A stretch of DNA of 64,000 nucleotides from Naegleria gruberi (lineage: Eukaryota): NCBI GenBank assembly GCA_000004985.1, contig GG738892.1, one strand, 5' to 3'. Positions 1-9,220 of this stretch are shown piece by piece. A program made the position numbers and the translations under genes. The notes under the pieces are model-generated. The model did no database searches, was not told the origin of the DNA, and saw nothing but the letters and a program-made list of their open reading frames with translations. Position 1 is the first letter of the stretch. Every line of letters begins with the position of its first letter.

Positions 1-2
1 AT

Positions 3-284
3 CAAACAGATGCTTCTAATGACAAACAAAAAAGACTTTTAGAGAGTTTGGCGAATCAACTTCAATTAATATCTTTTTCCTTGGCAAGTGTTATTCAAGA
101 TAGAGCAAGATGGATTGATAATGTTCTTGAAATACTAACAAATCTTATTACTGGTGAAATTGACAATCTCGATGAAGACCAACTCAATGACATTGTGAGA
201 GGACTATGTAATAGATGGCACTTTGCCAGAGATAAGAAACTCATTGATGAGAATGGTTCTGATGCTAGAGGAATAGGGCATTGA
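3..284 (+). CDS. 3' end of a gene that starts upstream of the window (hypothetical protein)
   Basis: The frame of ORF 48..284 stays open back to base 3 with no stop, so the N-terminus lies outside the window. No recognisable domain. Confidence 0.3.
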   Translation, partial: QTDASNDKQKRLLESLANQLQLISFSLASVIQDRARWIDNVLEILTNLITGEIDNLDEDQLNDIVRGLCNRWHFARDKKLIDENGSDARGIGH

Positions 285-476
285 AATAAATCAATTGAGA
301 ACATTGTAAACATTTATACTTTATTCCTTACAAATTAACTTCACCTTGTCAGTTTTGCTGAAGAAAATGAAAAGTATAGGAACACGTCTGCAAAGAGATG
401 AAAGCAGGCCAGTTTCGAATTTGGCACAACCTTCAAAAGACTATTGAAAAATCGTTTATATTGAGTGGATTCAATT

Positions 477-1130
477 TTATTCAACATGAAAAGTCCAAAC
501 TGGAAAGTGAAACTCCATCATTGATTGAGCAGGATTTGAGGGAGCTGCATTCTTTCTCTTCTTATACTTTCGTCTTCTTGTTAAATGTTCCTGATTGGAA
601 ATATAACAACTGCTCGTTGTGGAATTACTGGATGATATGGAGCATGAAGAGGATTTTCTCTTCTTGCCTATTTTTTTGTATTTAGCTCTTTCACCTACAG
701 GGTTGGTCCCGGCCAATGGTTGAACATTATTCGAATCTAAATTGTATGATGCAGTCAAGTTTGTATTGAATGTTGTTGGATCACATAACATATTGTTCAT
801 AGAACCTTCCAAAGACCTTTCATCTTTGATTTCAACAATTTGAATAGTTGGTGATTTGGCATTCGAATATTGAGTTTCTTCTCTTGCAACTTTCAATAAC
901 AACTCCCAACTTTGCATGATATCATCAACATCTAGCTTTAAACAACATTCTTCTCCTGAGCTCAGTATAACGTTATCATTGATTTTGGGTGAGAATCTAT
1001 GGGAATAATCATTCATCCGACATGTGGCAGAAACACTTGACATCTTTGTTGTTAATTTTCTTTTTAATTGTATTATGCAACACGTTTTCAAGGTAAGAGA
1101 ATCAAACCAAAAAGAAAGAGAATCCACCAC
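477..1130 (-). CDS. Hypothetical basic, S-rich protein
   Basis: ORF of 217 aa ending in a K/R-rich tail (RRRKYKKRKN). Possibly continues into upstream exons (ORF 1181..1480, minus). No known domain recognised. Confidence 0.3.
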   Translation of the reverse strand: MVDSLSFWFDSLTLKTCCIIQLKRKLTTKMSSVSATCRMNDYSHRFSPKINDNVILSSGEECCLKLDVDDIMQSWELLLKVAREETQYSNAKSPTIQIVEIKDERSLEGSMNNMLCDPTTFNTNLTASYNLDSNNVQPLAGTNPVGERAKYKKIGKKRKSSSCSISSSNSTTSSCYISNQEHLTRRRKYKKRKNAAPSNPAQSMMEFHFPVWTFHVE

Positions 1131-2223
1131 TACAATTTTGTCCAGTACACTTCCTTTCGTATTTTAAATGTTCCAATAGTTTAGAACGACATCATAACAT
1201 TATCTGAAACGGCAGTACTAATTGTACATAGTTGTTCATACACCACCAAAAAGTCAATCAGGATTCTCTCGATGTTTAGTGCGAAATGGGTAAATAAAAC
1301 TCCATGAAAATCAATAAGTTCTAAACTGTTTATAAAATACTGTTTTGAGATGTCAAAGCTGATGTTGCTATGGAGAAAACTGTTCTTTGACGTTGTTTGA
1401 TTGGGTTGGCAAAGAAGCATCGAGTGATTTTGCATGAAAGCGACAAGAGCTGAGTGGAGTCCATTGTTTACATTTGACAAGATTTGGATTTGAGAAATGA
1501 TATTCTACTTGTGTTGAGATATTCATAATTTTGTAATCATGTTAAAAGAGTAGTGATTTTAGTGATTTGTTGATGCCTATATGATGGCAATTAAACAAAT
1601 ATTCGAAAGTCCTTGATGATTAGTGGAGGACTAGAGTAATTGGCGCAGATTTCATTTCGTTTTGATTAGTCCAATTCAGAGAACGTACATGGAGCCTTAT
1701 TCTTTTTTAATACATCGTATTGATGAACCCCAACTAGTATTTATATGAAATACATCAATTTGACTGACTCAATGTTTCTAATGAAAACTTATCAACTTTG
1801 TTAAATTATGACAAATGTTTTTCAATTTCATACTACAAAAGATACAATAATTTTCAATACTCTTTGCAATTCATTAGCCAAATTAGAATTCTCAATTGAG
1901 AATACATACAACAGTACCTGGAATCCTCACTTAATACTCTTATCCTTTTGGGACAAATAAACCACTTGGCATGTTAGCCTTTCTTATCAAGAAATAAGGG
2001 TTGACTATAATTATAGTTCTTGCAAAAGACTTTAATGTTTTATTTATGAGACTTTGCATTCTTCAACAAGAAAGAAAACCAAAGCAAAAGCAATAATTTG
2101 TGCCTATTGTTACATCCAAAAGTTTAGTAAAAACACAAATGTTTTTGTTTCTGCAAAAAAGCCTTTAAAAAACCATGTCGAGCCCGCTCTCGATTTCAAA
2201 AATAAAAATAAATTTTAAAAAAA

Positions 2224-2586
2224 ATGAGCGAAGATACCAAAGACATTAAAGCTGAAGGAAAGGGTGAACAACACATTAACATCAAGGTTGTGAGTCAAGT
2301 AAGTAGTAATAGCAATGCGCAATCATCAGGAGGCTAACTATTTTTTATTATTTTTTTAATATATTTAAAATAGGATGGTGTTGAAGTTTTCTTCAAGATT
2401 AAGAGATCAACCCCTTTGAAGAAGTTGATGGATGCCTATTGCAAGAGACAAGGTCTTTCTCCAGCTTCCGTTAGATTTGTTTTTGACGGAAACAGAGTCA
2501 CTGGTACCGAAACTGCTGATCAACTTGAAATGGATGACCAAGACGTTATTGATGTTTTGGTTGAACAAACTGGTGGTTCATTCTAA
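2224..2586 (+). CDS. SMT3: SUMO / Smt3 ubiquitin-like modifier, two exons approx. join(2224..2298,2374..2586)
   Basis: Exon 1 reads [25 protein letters not shown], then a GTAAGT donor. The acceptor (aaatag) leads into [28 protein letters not shown]...VEQTGGSF. This is the canonical SUMO fold sequence ending in a di-glycine-like processing tail. It is missing from the ORF track because each exon is short. Confidence 0.85.
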
Positions 2587-2970
2587 ATTATTAAAACTAA
2601 GAATTTAAAATTGTAATACAATTTACTATCTTTTCATTATCTATTATTTTAATGCTAGCCTTTTTTGATGAAGAGTGAAACTTTGGAATTCCAACAAGCA
2701 AATTTGTTTATGATTCCCTCACCAATTATGATACAAATAATTTCTATGAATTAATTCTCTTCTTTTAACACCAATCATTGGGAAAGATATCTTTTAATAT
2801 CTGAAATACCTTATGCTAGGTCCAAATAATGAACATTCTTAAATCAGAAATAGCTGATAAAAGGAAATTTGCAAGTTCCAAGTTTTTTGAGCTTAAGGCC
2901 ATCCAATCTGACTCTACATTTTCATGAATCCACATTTCGCTGTTTATCATAATTTAACTAATTAGGTTTA

Positions 2971-3864
2971 CTAATGGATACTATAATTATCCAAATAGCT
3001 GTACCTACAAGCGAAAGGAACGACAACAAAGATCTGATTTTTCTCATCATATGCAATCGTTCCATTCCTTGATTCGTATACTTTTGGAAAGGTCAATCCA
3101 AAAAGCTCAATATCAAGTTCTGAAATCTCCTGTTCGAACCAAGTCTGAAAAGGAGTCTCCAAACAAAGAAACCTACCCACCTCTCCTATACTATCATCCT
3201 CATGTTTTTCGAAAGTTGTACATCGCTCATACATCAAAGATTGAGATTTAAATTCGGCTTTGAAGGATTTAAACTTGTCCAAGTAATGCAAGAGAAATTC
3301 GCCATCGTAGAGAGAAGTTGAGTAGACATTATTTCGAACGGTGACCCTTTTTGGCTCCTTATCACTTGTTTTCCATTTTGCTTTCGAATAGTCTATTAAA
3401 TAGTGAAATATGTCATGGTTGAATCTATTCGAAATTCTAAATAAATTGAGCAATAGTAAACAGGGCGACCATTTAACAATTTCCAAACATTGTCCTGTTT
3501 CTATTTCCAATCGCAGATTCAATCTTTCCAATAAAACAGACGAAATTTCAACTCTTGAAAATGTGTTATTGTAAAATTCTTCCAAAACTTTCCTAAATTT
3601 CACACATTTTCCCAATCCCCATTCGAATCCATCAAAATATTCCCTTTCCGATATAATTCCATCACAAAACTTGGTTGCCAACCTGAAAACAGCATTTCCA
3701 AAAACACATCTATCTGTATTCACTTGTTGTAATTGTTTATGGAAAAATCTATTCGATAGTTCCAACAAGTAAATTGATGGAATTTTCAAATAGGATAGAA
3801 TATGATTGCATAAATCTTCATTATCGGTAAAGAGTGCGTAGAGAACATGTTGTTCTTCTGACAT
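2971..3864 (-). CDS. Hypothetical protein with an N-terminal F-box-like motif
   Basis: 297-aa ORF. The N-terminus LCNHILSYLKIPSIYLLELSNRFF resembles an F-box; the rest is unrecognised. Confidence 0.45.
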   Translation of the reverse strand: MSEEQHVLYALFTDNEDLCNHILSYLKIPSIYLLELSNRFFHKQLQQVNTDRCVFGNAVFRLATKFCDGIISEREYFDGFEWGLGKCVKFRKVLEEFYNNTFSRVEISSVLLERLNLRLEIETGQCLEIVKWSPCLLLLNLFRISNRFNHDIFHYLIDYSKAKWKTSDKEPKRVTVRNNVYSTSLYDGEFLLHYLDKFKSFKAEFKSQSLMYERCTTFEKHEDDSIGEVGRFLCLETPFQTWFEQEISELDIELFGLTFPKVYESRNGTIAYDEKNQIFVVVPFACRYSYLDNYSIH

Positions 3865-3988
3865 TTTTTTTGATGGTTGACCGAATCTATTGTGTGAATT
3901 TGAATCTTCATTGTAAAAGATTAAATAATGTTAATATTTAATAGATTAAGAGTGTGATGAAACGTATTGATAATTTTTTGTTTATTAT

Positions 3989-4594
3989 TCAGACTAATCT
4001 TTCGAATAGATTATTTTGCATCATGTTTAGCAAGTGCATCAGAAGAATTGCATTCTCAATGTTTGGATTTTCTGGAGAATCAAACAATGATTCTGATGTG
4101 TTTTGTGGTTGGAATGTTGCTGGGATTGAATTTTGTTTACAATGGAATGCTAATTCATCAAGAATCGAATGATTGTTCGATTTCTTCTGGTTTAATTCAC
4201 AATTTCCTTCTGCACAACCAGTACTGGAAACTGTAGAACTGTATGTCTCAGATGTAGTGGTGGAGAAGGAGCTTGTCGTTCTCACTAATTGTAATCTTTC
4301 AGATACAACTATATTACTTTCGTCCTCTTTCTTTTGTACTTTAAATGTTGTCTATGTATCTTTACTATTGTTTTCCATTACAAAGTAGTTCTTGAGAAGA
4401 TTATTATCGTGAAGTGTCTTTCTCAATTTATAATTCTCTGGTTTCTGATAATCTTTCTTGTGGATTCGTCTTGTTGTTCGAACTGTTTCGTCAATAATTG
4501 AAAACTTTCTTCTTGGATTGCTTCCTCTTGAGTTGATCATATTGAGTTTCGAATAAGGATAATTTTTTGAATAATTAATTCTATTCTGTCGCAA
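3989..4594 (-). CDS. Small low-complexity protein, paralogue of the 4819..5883 gene, probably spliced (exon boundaries unresolved)
   Basis: ORF 4352..4594 carries RRKFSIIDETVRTTRR...KLRKTLHDNNLLKNYF, paralogous to RRVSIIDETNRTRDK...RLRKPLQNDQLLKNYF in the neighbouring gene. ORF 3989..4285 ends with an ILLMHLLNMMQNNLF motif that resembles the C-terminus (LLQILMQFTDN) of the neighbour. A GTAATG donor candidate follows NYF. Confidence 0.35.
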
Positions 4595-4818
4595 TAGTTA
4601 GTTTTGATTGATGAAAGAAAAGGCTCATTTGAGCAAAATCTGTATCAGGATTAATTAATTCCAAAAGAATCTTCATAAATGGGCTTCACCTTGTCGTGAT
4701 CTTCCTTTTTAAGATTGAGCCTTTCAATCTATGTCTATCCAAAAACATACATTGGACACGGACCGTTCAAACTCATTGGAAAAATCCAAACATTTTCAAA
4801 AACAAACTTTAACTTTAT

Positions 4819-5883
4819 CTACTTTTGTTCGTTGTTTTTTGAAATTGTCGTTGGTTGATCTGAATTGTCTGTAAACTGCATCAATATTTGTAAAAGATCC
4901 AAATTTTCAGAAGTAAAAGGTGAAAGCCCGCTCAAAAAACTTGAATTATCCATCTCGTTGAGAGTTTCATTGTTGTGAATGGAATATTGAGAGTTATTGA
5001 GAGAAGGTTCTGGATTTGGATCTTCATGCGTTAGAGGAGGATAAGGCGGAATGTCGGAGGGGATTGGCTGAGTATTACTTAACGAAAAGTTATTCGAATG
5101 TTGGGTAAAATTATGCATTATTTCAGAGTTCATTAATTCTTGTAAAGTCAATGAACTGTTTTGAAAATGTGCTGAAGTAGTGTTTTGAGAAGATTGGACG
5201 GATTGAGGCAAAACTTGCTGTTGTTGGGGTGGTGTAATCGATTTTCTAGAAGAATCCTCACTACTTTCAGATAATTTCGAATAAACTTGAAAGGTTTCCT
5301 TTTTGATAAAGCTTTCAGATGATGCAGAAGTGTTGCATGATTGTTGATCATGTGATGAATCTTGAGATGTTGTTTCTGATGGAATTATTTTAAAGGTTGT
5401 CACTTCATTAGACGAAACTCTGTCCATCTCAAAGTAATTCTTTAAAAGCTGATCGTTTTGGAGTGGTTTTCTCAGTCGTGTTGATTTCTTTCTTTTCCTT
5501 TTCGAAATTTTGTCTCGAGTTCTATTAGTTTCGTCTATTATTGAAACTCTTCTGTTTGAAGAAGTTTCGGATGGTTTTACATTAGTTACATGTTGTTGAT
5601 GTGTTTCACCTGTTTGGTGTTGATTAAGATCATGTTGATTCATTGTTTTTGGCTGGTTAGTTTCGGCACTCCATTGAATAGTTTCGTATTTTTGAAATTC
5701 ATTTCTTCTTTCCTGCTGTTGCAAGCTACTTTGAGGGTCTGTTGTTTGAACAGACATTACACGATTGTACTCTTCCTGACTAGTATTCGAATCTACAGAG
5801 AAATCAGACGAATGAACATCCTTCTCCTCTCTATCCATTCTTTTTTGAAGCAAGCACACAAGATTCATGGAGAGAGAACACAA
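4819..5883 (-). CDS. S/Q/N-rich hypothetical protein with a basic, NLS-like block
   Basis: 354-aa ORF. It has a basic segment KRKRKKSTRLRKPLQNDQLLKNYF and a conserved C-terminal LDLLQILMQF motif. It is a tandem paralogue of the 3989..4594 gene. Confidence 0.5.
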   Translation of the reverse strand: MCSLSMNLVCLLQKRMDREEKDVHSSDFSVDSNTSQEEYNRVMSVQTTDPQSSLQQQERRNEFQKYETIQWSAETNQPKTMNQHDLNQHQTGETHQQHVTNVKPSETSSNRRVSIIDETNRTRDKISKRKRKKSTRLRKPLQNDQLLKNYFEMDRVSSNEVTTFKIIPSETTSQDSSHDQQSCNTSASSESFIKKETFQVYSKLSESSEDSSRKSITPPQQQQVLPQSVQSSQNTTSAHFQNSSLTLQELMNSEIMHNFTQHSNNFSLSNTQPIPSDIPPYPPLTHEDPNPEPSLNNSQYSIHNNETLNEMDNSSFLSGLSPFTSENLDLLQILMQFTDNSDQPTTISKNNEQK

Positions 5884-6764
5884 ACAACAACTTGTTTTGA
5901 TTCTTTTTTGATTTATTTTGTAAAGTTATTTGTTATTCGAATGAAGTAACAAACTGTAATGTTCGTTCAATTGCATTATCAAGGTAATGTTTGGAAGGTT
6001 GTAACATAAAAGACTTGCCCTAAGTGACATGATCAGTCGAAGCGTGATATATTCTATCAATTGTGGTTCGGTAGCTAAAAGCTGTTAGCTCTCACCCCCA
6101 AAAAGGTCAAACACAATTACGACATTATTTGCAAATGGAATACATGTATCGAATAAAAAGTGTTTCGCTATGAACTTGAACGAAAAGGCCATTAATGATA
6201 ATGTCTGATAGCATTGAACTGCTTGAGGTTCATTTTTAATCAAAAATGGCCATTACTAATTTGTATTTGAATCAATCAGTTCTCTCGTTTCTCGTTTACA
6301 AATTGGAGATTCTTATATTGGATATTCCAATGTTAGTTGTTCACAATATTGAAGTTTAATTATTGTCTAAAAGTGTGTTTCCAGTATTATTATTATTATT
6401 AGCACAGGAAGTCTCAAACGATATTGAATTCTTATTGAAAGGCATCATCACATCTCTCATCTTTACAATAAAATCTCAATAAATCTCAATACTGTACAGA
6501 ACAACAATTTTCAATGTTCAAGTATAGAACTTTTGCTCACATCAAACTGGCTCGCTACTTGAACTCAATTCCAATTTGTGCGACTTTAGAGCGGAGCTCA
6601 ACTCGAGATTAAATCCAGACACATTGAGCTTGTAGTTTTCACTACCCTAAGAGTGGATGTAGTTGGTGGTGTAGCCGGTAGCCGGTTACAGCCGGATGGT
6701 AGTGCGGGTAGTCGGAAGCTGTTGAATACACCTTCAAAGCCAAAAATTAATAAAAGTTCTATTT

Positions 6765-8195
6765 TTAAAATTTAACTTTATGGAAATTCATGAAAAACGA
6801 GTATTGGTTGAACATTTCTTTGCCAGCAATATTATGAATCAAACATTTACCAATTATTTGATTTAGTGCAACATAGCCTGTTGTTACATGAATGTTTGAA
6901 TCAATTAATCTATATCCAATAATTGGATGAACCGAAGAGAGACACTTTTTGATGTTGGTGAAATATACTCTTTGCTCTTTAACCTCAACAAATTGACCAA
7001 CAAGTAAGGAACCATCCTTTGCCTTAAATAAAATAAATTCTTTGTTTTGTACAATTGGAATCCATTTCTTGTTTTCAGATTGATTTCTTACCCAAGGATA
7101 ATTGATGTTAATTTGTTTTTGAAGTTTTTCAAAATTCGCTCCTCGTTGTTCTAAATTTTTGTGATTGGAAGAGTCATTAAATTGTTTGAAAACTTTGTGT
7201 TTCAATTCAAAAAGCAATGCCCAGAAGAACCTGGCATTTCCCCACTTCAAACAATCTTCAAAAATATGAGAATTCCAATGAAAATTAGGATTTGTAAAAT
7301 TACCATTACCATATAGGGAAATGACTTGTTTCCTGAAATTGAAATGTTTCAATTTTGCAATTTCAATATTTGAAGGTGAAACCAAATCTTGAATCAAAGA
7401 AAGTACGTATTCTACGTGATTTGACCAACATATTATATGTTTCTTCTTCAAACTGAATGAAACATCACAGTGATTCTTATTATTAATAAGAAAATCATAC
7501 ATAATTGGGCAACTAAAAACCACGAATTCCAAAAAATGATCTGCTGAACAATCATTGTAATCTTTTGCAATCATTTTCAAAGGTTTACCATGATTGTTTG
7601 TATACTTGTCCATAACAGACTGAAAATCACTTAAAATGTTGGTGTAATTGAAATATTTGAAAAATTTTTTAAGGTGTCTCCTTAAATCACCTTGAATAGA
7701 ACCATGCATTAATTCAACAGTTGAATTTTCAAAAATATCACAATCCTTAATTTGTAAAAACGGACACTTCATTTGAGTATTGTTACTTTGTCGAACTTTT
7801 TCTTTTACCTGTTTGGATTTTTTGGACTTGGAATCAATCTGCATATCTTTGATTTGAATATCAGCGACTGTAATAAACTTGTAGCCATTACATGAGGTAC
7901 CAATTGATAATTTTTGTTGCATTTCAATTGCTTCAGTAACAGTTCTTAAAGGATAGACTAAAGGTGTTGAAATGTCATTAGGACATTTACAATAATCTCC
8001 TTTTGGGCATTTACATTTAGAACATGTATAGCTTTCAAGAAATAATGATAGCCATCTTTGTACAGAATCCCAAATCCAAGGACCTATTAGAATTCGAATC
8101 TTTTCAATTGAATCAGTGTAAGAGTTATAANNNNNNNNNNNNNNNNNNNNNNNNNNNNNNNNNNNNNNNNNNNNNNNNNNATTATTATTTTCCAC
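6765..8195 (-). CDS. Hypothetical Cys-rich protein; the N-terminal region is interrupted by a 50-N assembly gap
   Basis: 476-aa ORF containing a CSKCKCPKGDYCKCP cysteine cluster. I recognise no domain. The run of X residues near the N-terminus corresponds to the N-run at 8131..8180. Confidence 0.5.
   Translation of the reverse strand: MENNNXXXXXXXXXXXXXXXXXYNSYTDSIEKIRILIGPWIWDSVQRWLSLFLESYTCSKCKCPKGDYCKCPNDISTPLVYPLRTVTEAIEMQQKLSIGTSCNGYKFITVADIQIKDMQIDSKSKKSKQVKEKVRQSNNTQMKCPFLQIKDCDIFENSTVELMHGSIQGDLRRHLKKFFKYFNYTNILSDFQSVMDKYTNNHGKPLKMIAKDYNDCSADHFLEFVVFSCPIMYDFLINNKNHCDVSFSLKKKHIICWSNHVEYVLSLIQDLVSPSNIEIAKLKHFNFRKQVISLYGNGNFTNPNFHWNSHIFEDCLKWGNARFFWALLFELKHKVFKQFNDSSNHKNLEQRGANFEKLQKQININYPWVRNQSENKKWIPIVQNKEFILFKAKDGSLLVGQFVEVKEQRVYFTNIKKCLSSVHPIIGYRLIDSNIHVTTGYVALNQIIGKCLIHNIAGKEMFNQYSFFMNFHKVKF
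8131..8180. other. Assembly gap (50 N)
   Basis: Run of n characters in the sequence. Confidence 0.99.
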
Positions 8196-8433
8196 AATTA
8201 ATTAGAGCTATTGTTATGTCAGTAAGATATTCAGCAATCTGTGGAGTTCTTTTAAAAGAAAGAGTCTAATAGAATTAAAGAAAAAAGAGAAGCCAAAAAG
8301 AAAGAAGAATTCCAATGTAGAAGTTTCTAATATAGAAGGGGTTCCATCCTCAATTCAAGCAACAGCTATTCAACCTTCTACCTCTTCACCAACAAGAGAA
8401 CATGTCAGAGCCAACAATGGTCAATTCTCTTCA

Positions 8434-8625
8434 TTGCAGAGCTATGTTGCAGAAGATGAACAAGTTGTTTTTTTAACACTTGTTAAAGATTGGATCAAAA
8501 AACCTGACACAAGAGCAACACAACCTTCAGCAGACGCAATTAATTTGCTTGATATGGAATCAGATGGTGCAGATCTTTATTCAGATAATGGTCAATCAGA
8601 CTCAGAAGAAGCACAACAATTGTAA
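8434..8625 (+). CDS. Possible small acidic protein or terminal exon (weak)
   Basis: The ORF reads ...VVFLTLVKDWIKKPDTRATQP...LDMESDGADLYSDNGQSDSEEAQQL. The frame is open upstream toward the gap, so it could be a 3' exon. No homology recognised. Confidence 0.2.
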   Translation: MQSYVAEDEQVVFLTLVKDWIKKPDTRATQPSADAINLLDMESDGADLYSDNGQSDSEEAQQL

Positions 8626-8689
8626 ATAAATAAATCAGTTTTACTCAAATTATGAAAATTGTAATGGTCAACAGAGTAAATTAAGGGAA

Positions 8690-8830
8690 ACTTTCAGTCA
8701 AATACCAACACACTAAAAGCCGCATAGAAACTGAATGTTCACCGAATAGTCACTGAATGTTTACCATATAATAACTGAATGGTTACTGAATATTTATTGA
8801 ATAGTTACCCACCAATTTCATTCCTTTACC
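8690..8830. repeat. Degenerate tandem mini-repeat based on (c)actgaat(g/a)(g/t)tta(c)c in the 8196..9220 intergenic region
   Basis: The motifs actgaatgttcacc, gaatagtcactgaatgtttacc, aactgaatggttactgaatatttattgaatagttaccc follow each other directly. Confidence 0.6.
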
Positions 8831-9220
8831 CAACAATCAACCGACTACCAACCAACTAACACTGAACTAAAACGGTCAGGAGAGTATGGGCTGATATTCG
8901 ATTAATTTCTGGAAAATCGTTCAGTTGTTTTCGGAAACAAGTTGGGGAAAATTAGGGTTGTAGTCGGTGATAGTAGGGTTGTGGATGGGGTTTAGACGGA
9001 ACATAGCCAACTAAAAACCAACTATAACACTGTCTATTACCCAAGTACTCCACTCTTAGGACCCATGTGTTTCACACCACTACAACATACAACATCAAAA
9101 CAAATAGCTAAACATCATCTCTTAGAAGAAGTGCACCTTTGAATTTCTCTGTGCAATTCCGCGAGTTAAATACAACAAGACAATAATTAAATACTTTTTA
9201 ATATATATTCCAGATAGAAA

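Noticed and set aside
1888-1903. Perfect 16-bp palindrome attctcaattgagaat in the region upstream of SUMO.
   Set aside because: In a ~64-kb AT-rich window, one or a few 16-bp perfect palindromes are expected by chance. There is no flanking structure or repetition to support a functional element.
6641-6725. The G-rich block gtggtgtagccggtagccggttacagccgg... looked superficially tRNA-like (TAGC / GGTAG boxes).
   Set aside because: It has no T-loop GTTCGA-type box, no acceptor-stem pairing and no cloverleaf. I treat it as a repeat or structural element, not a tRNA. I found no convincing tRNA or rRNA anywhere in the window.
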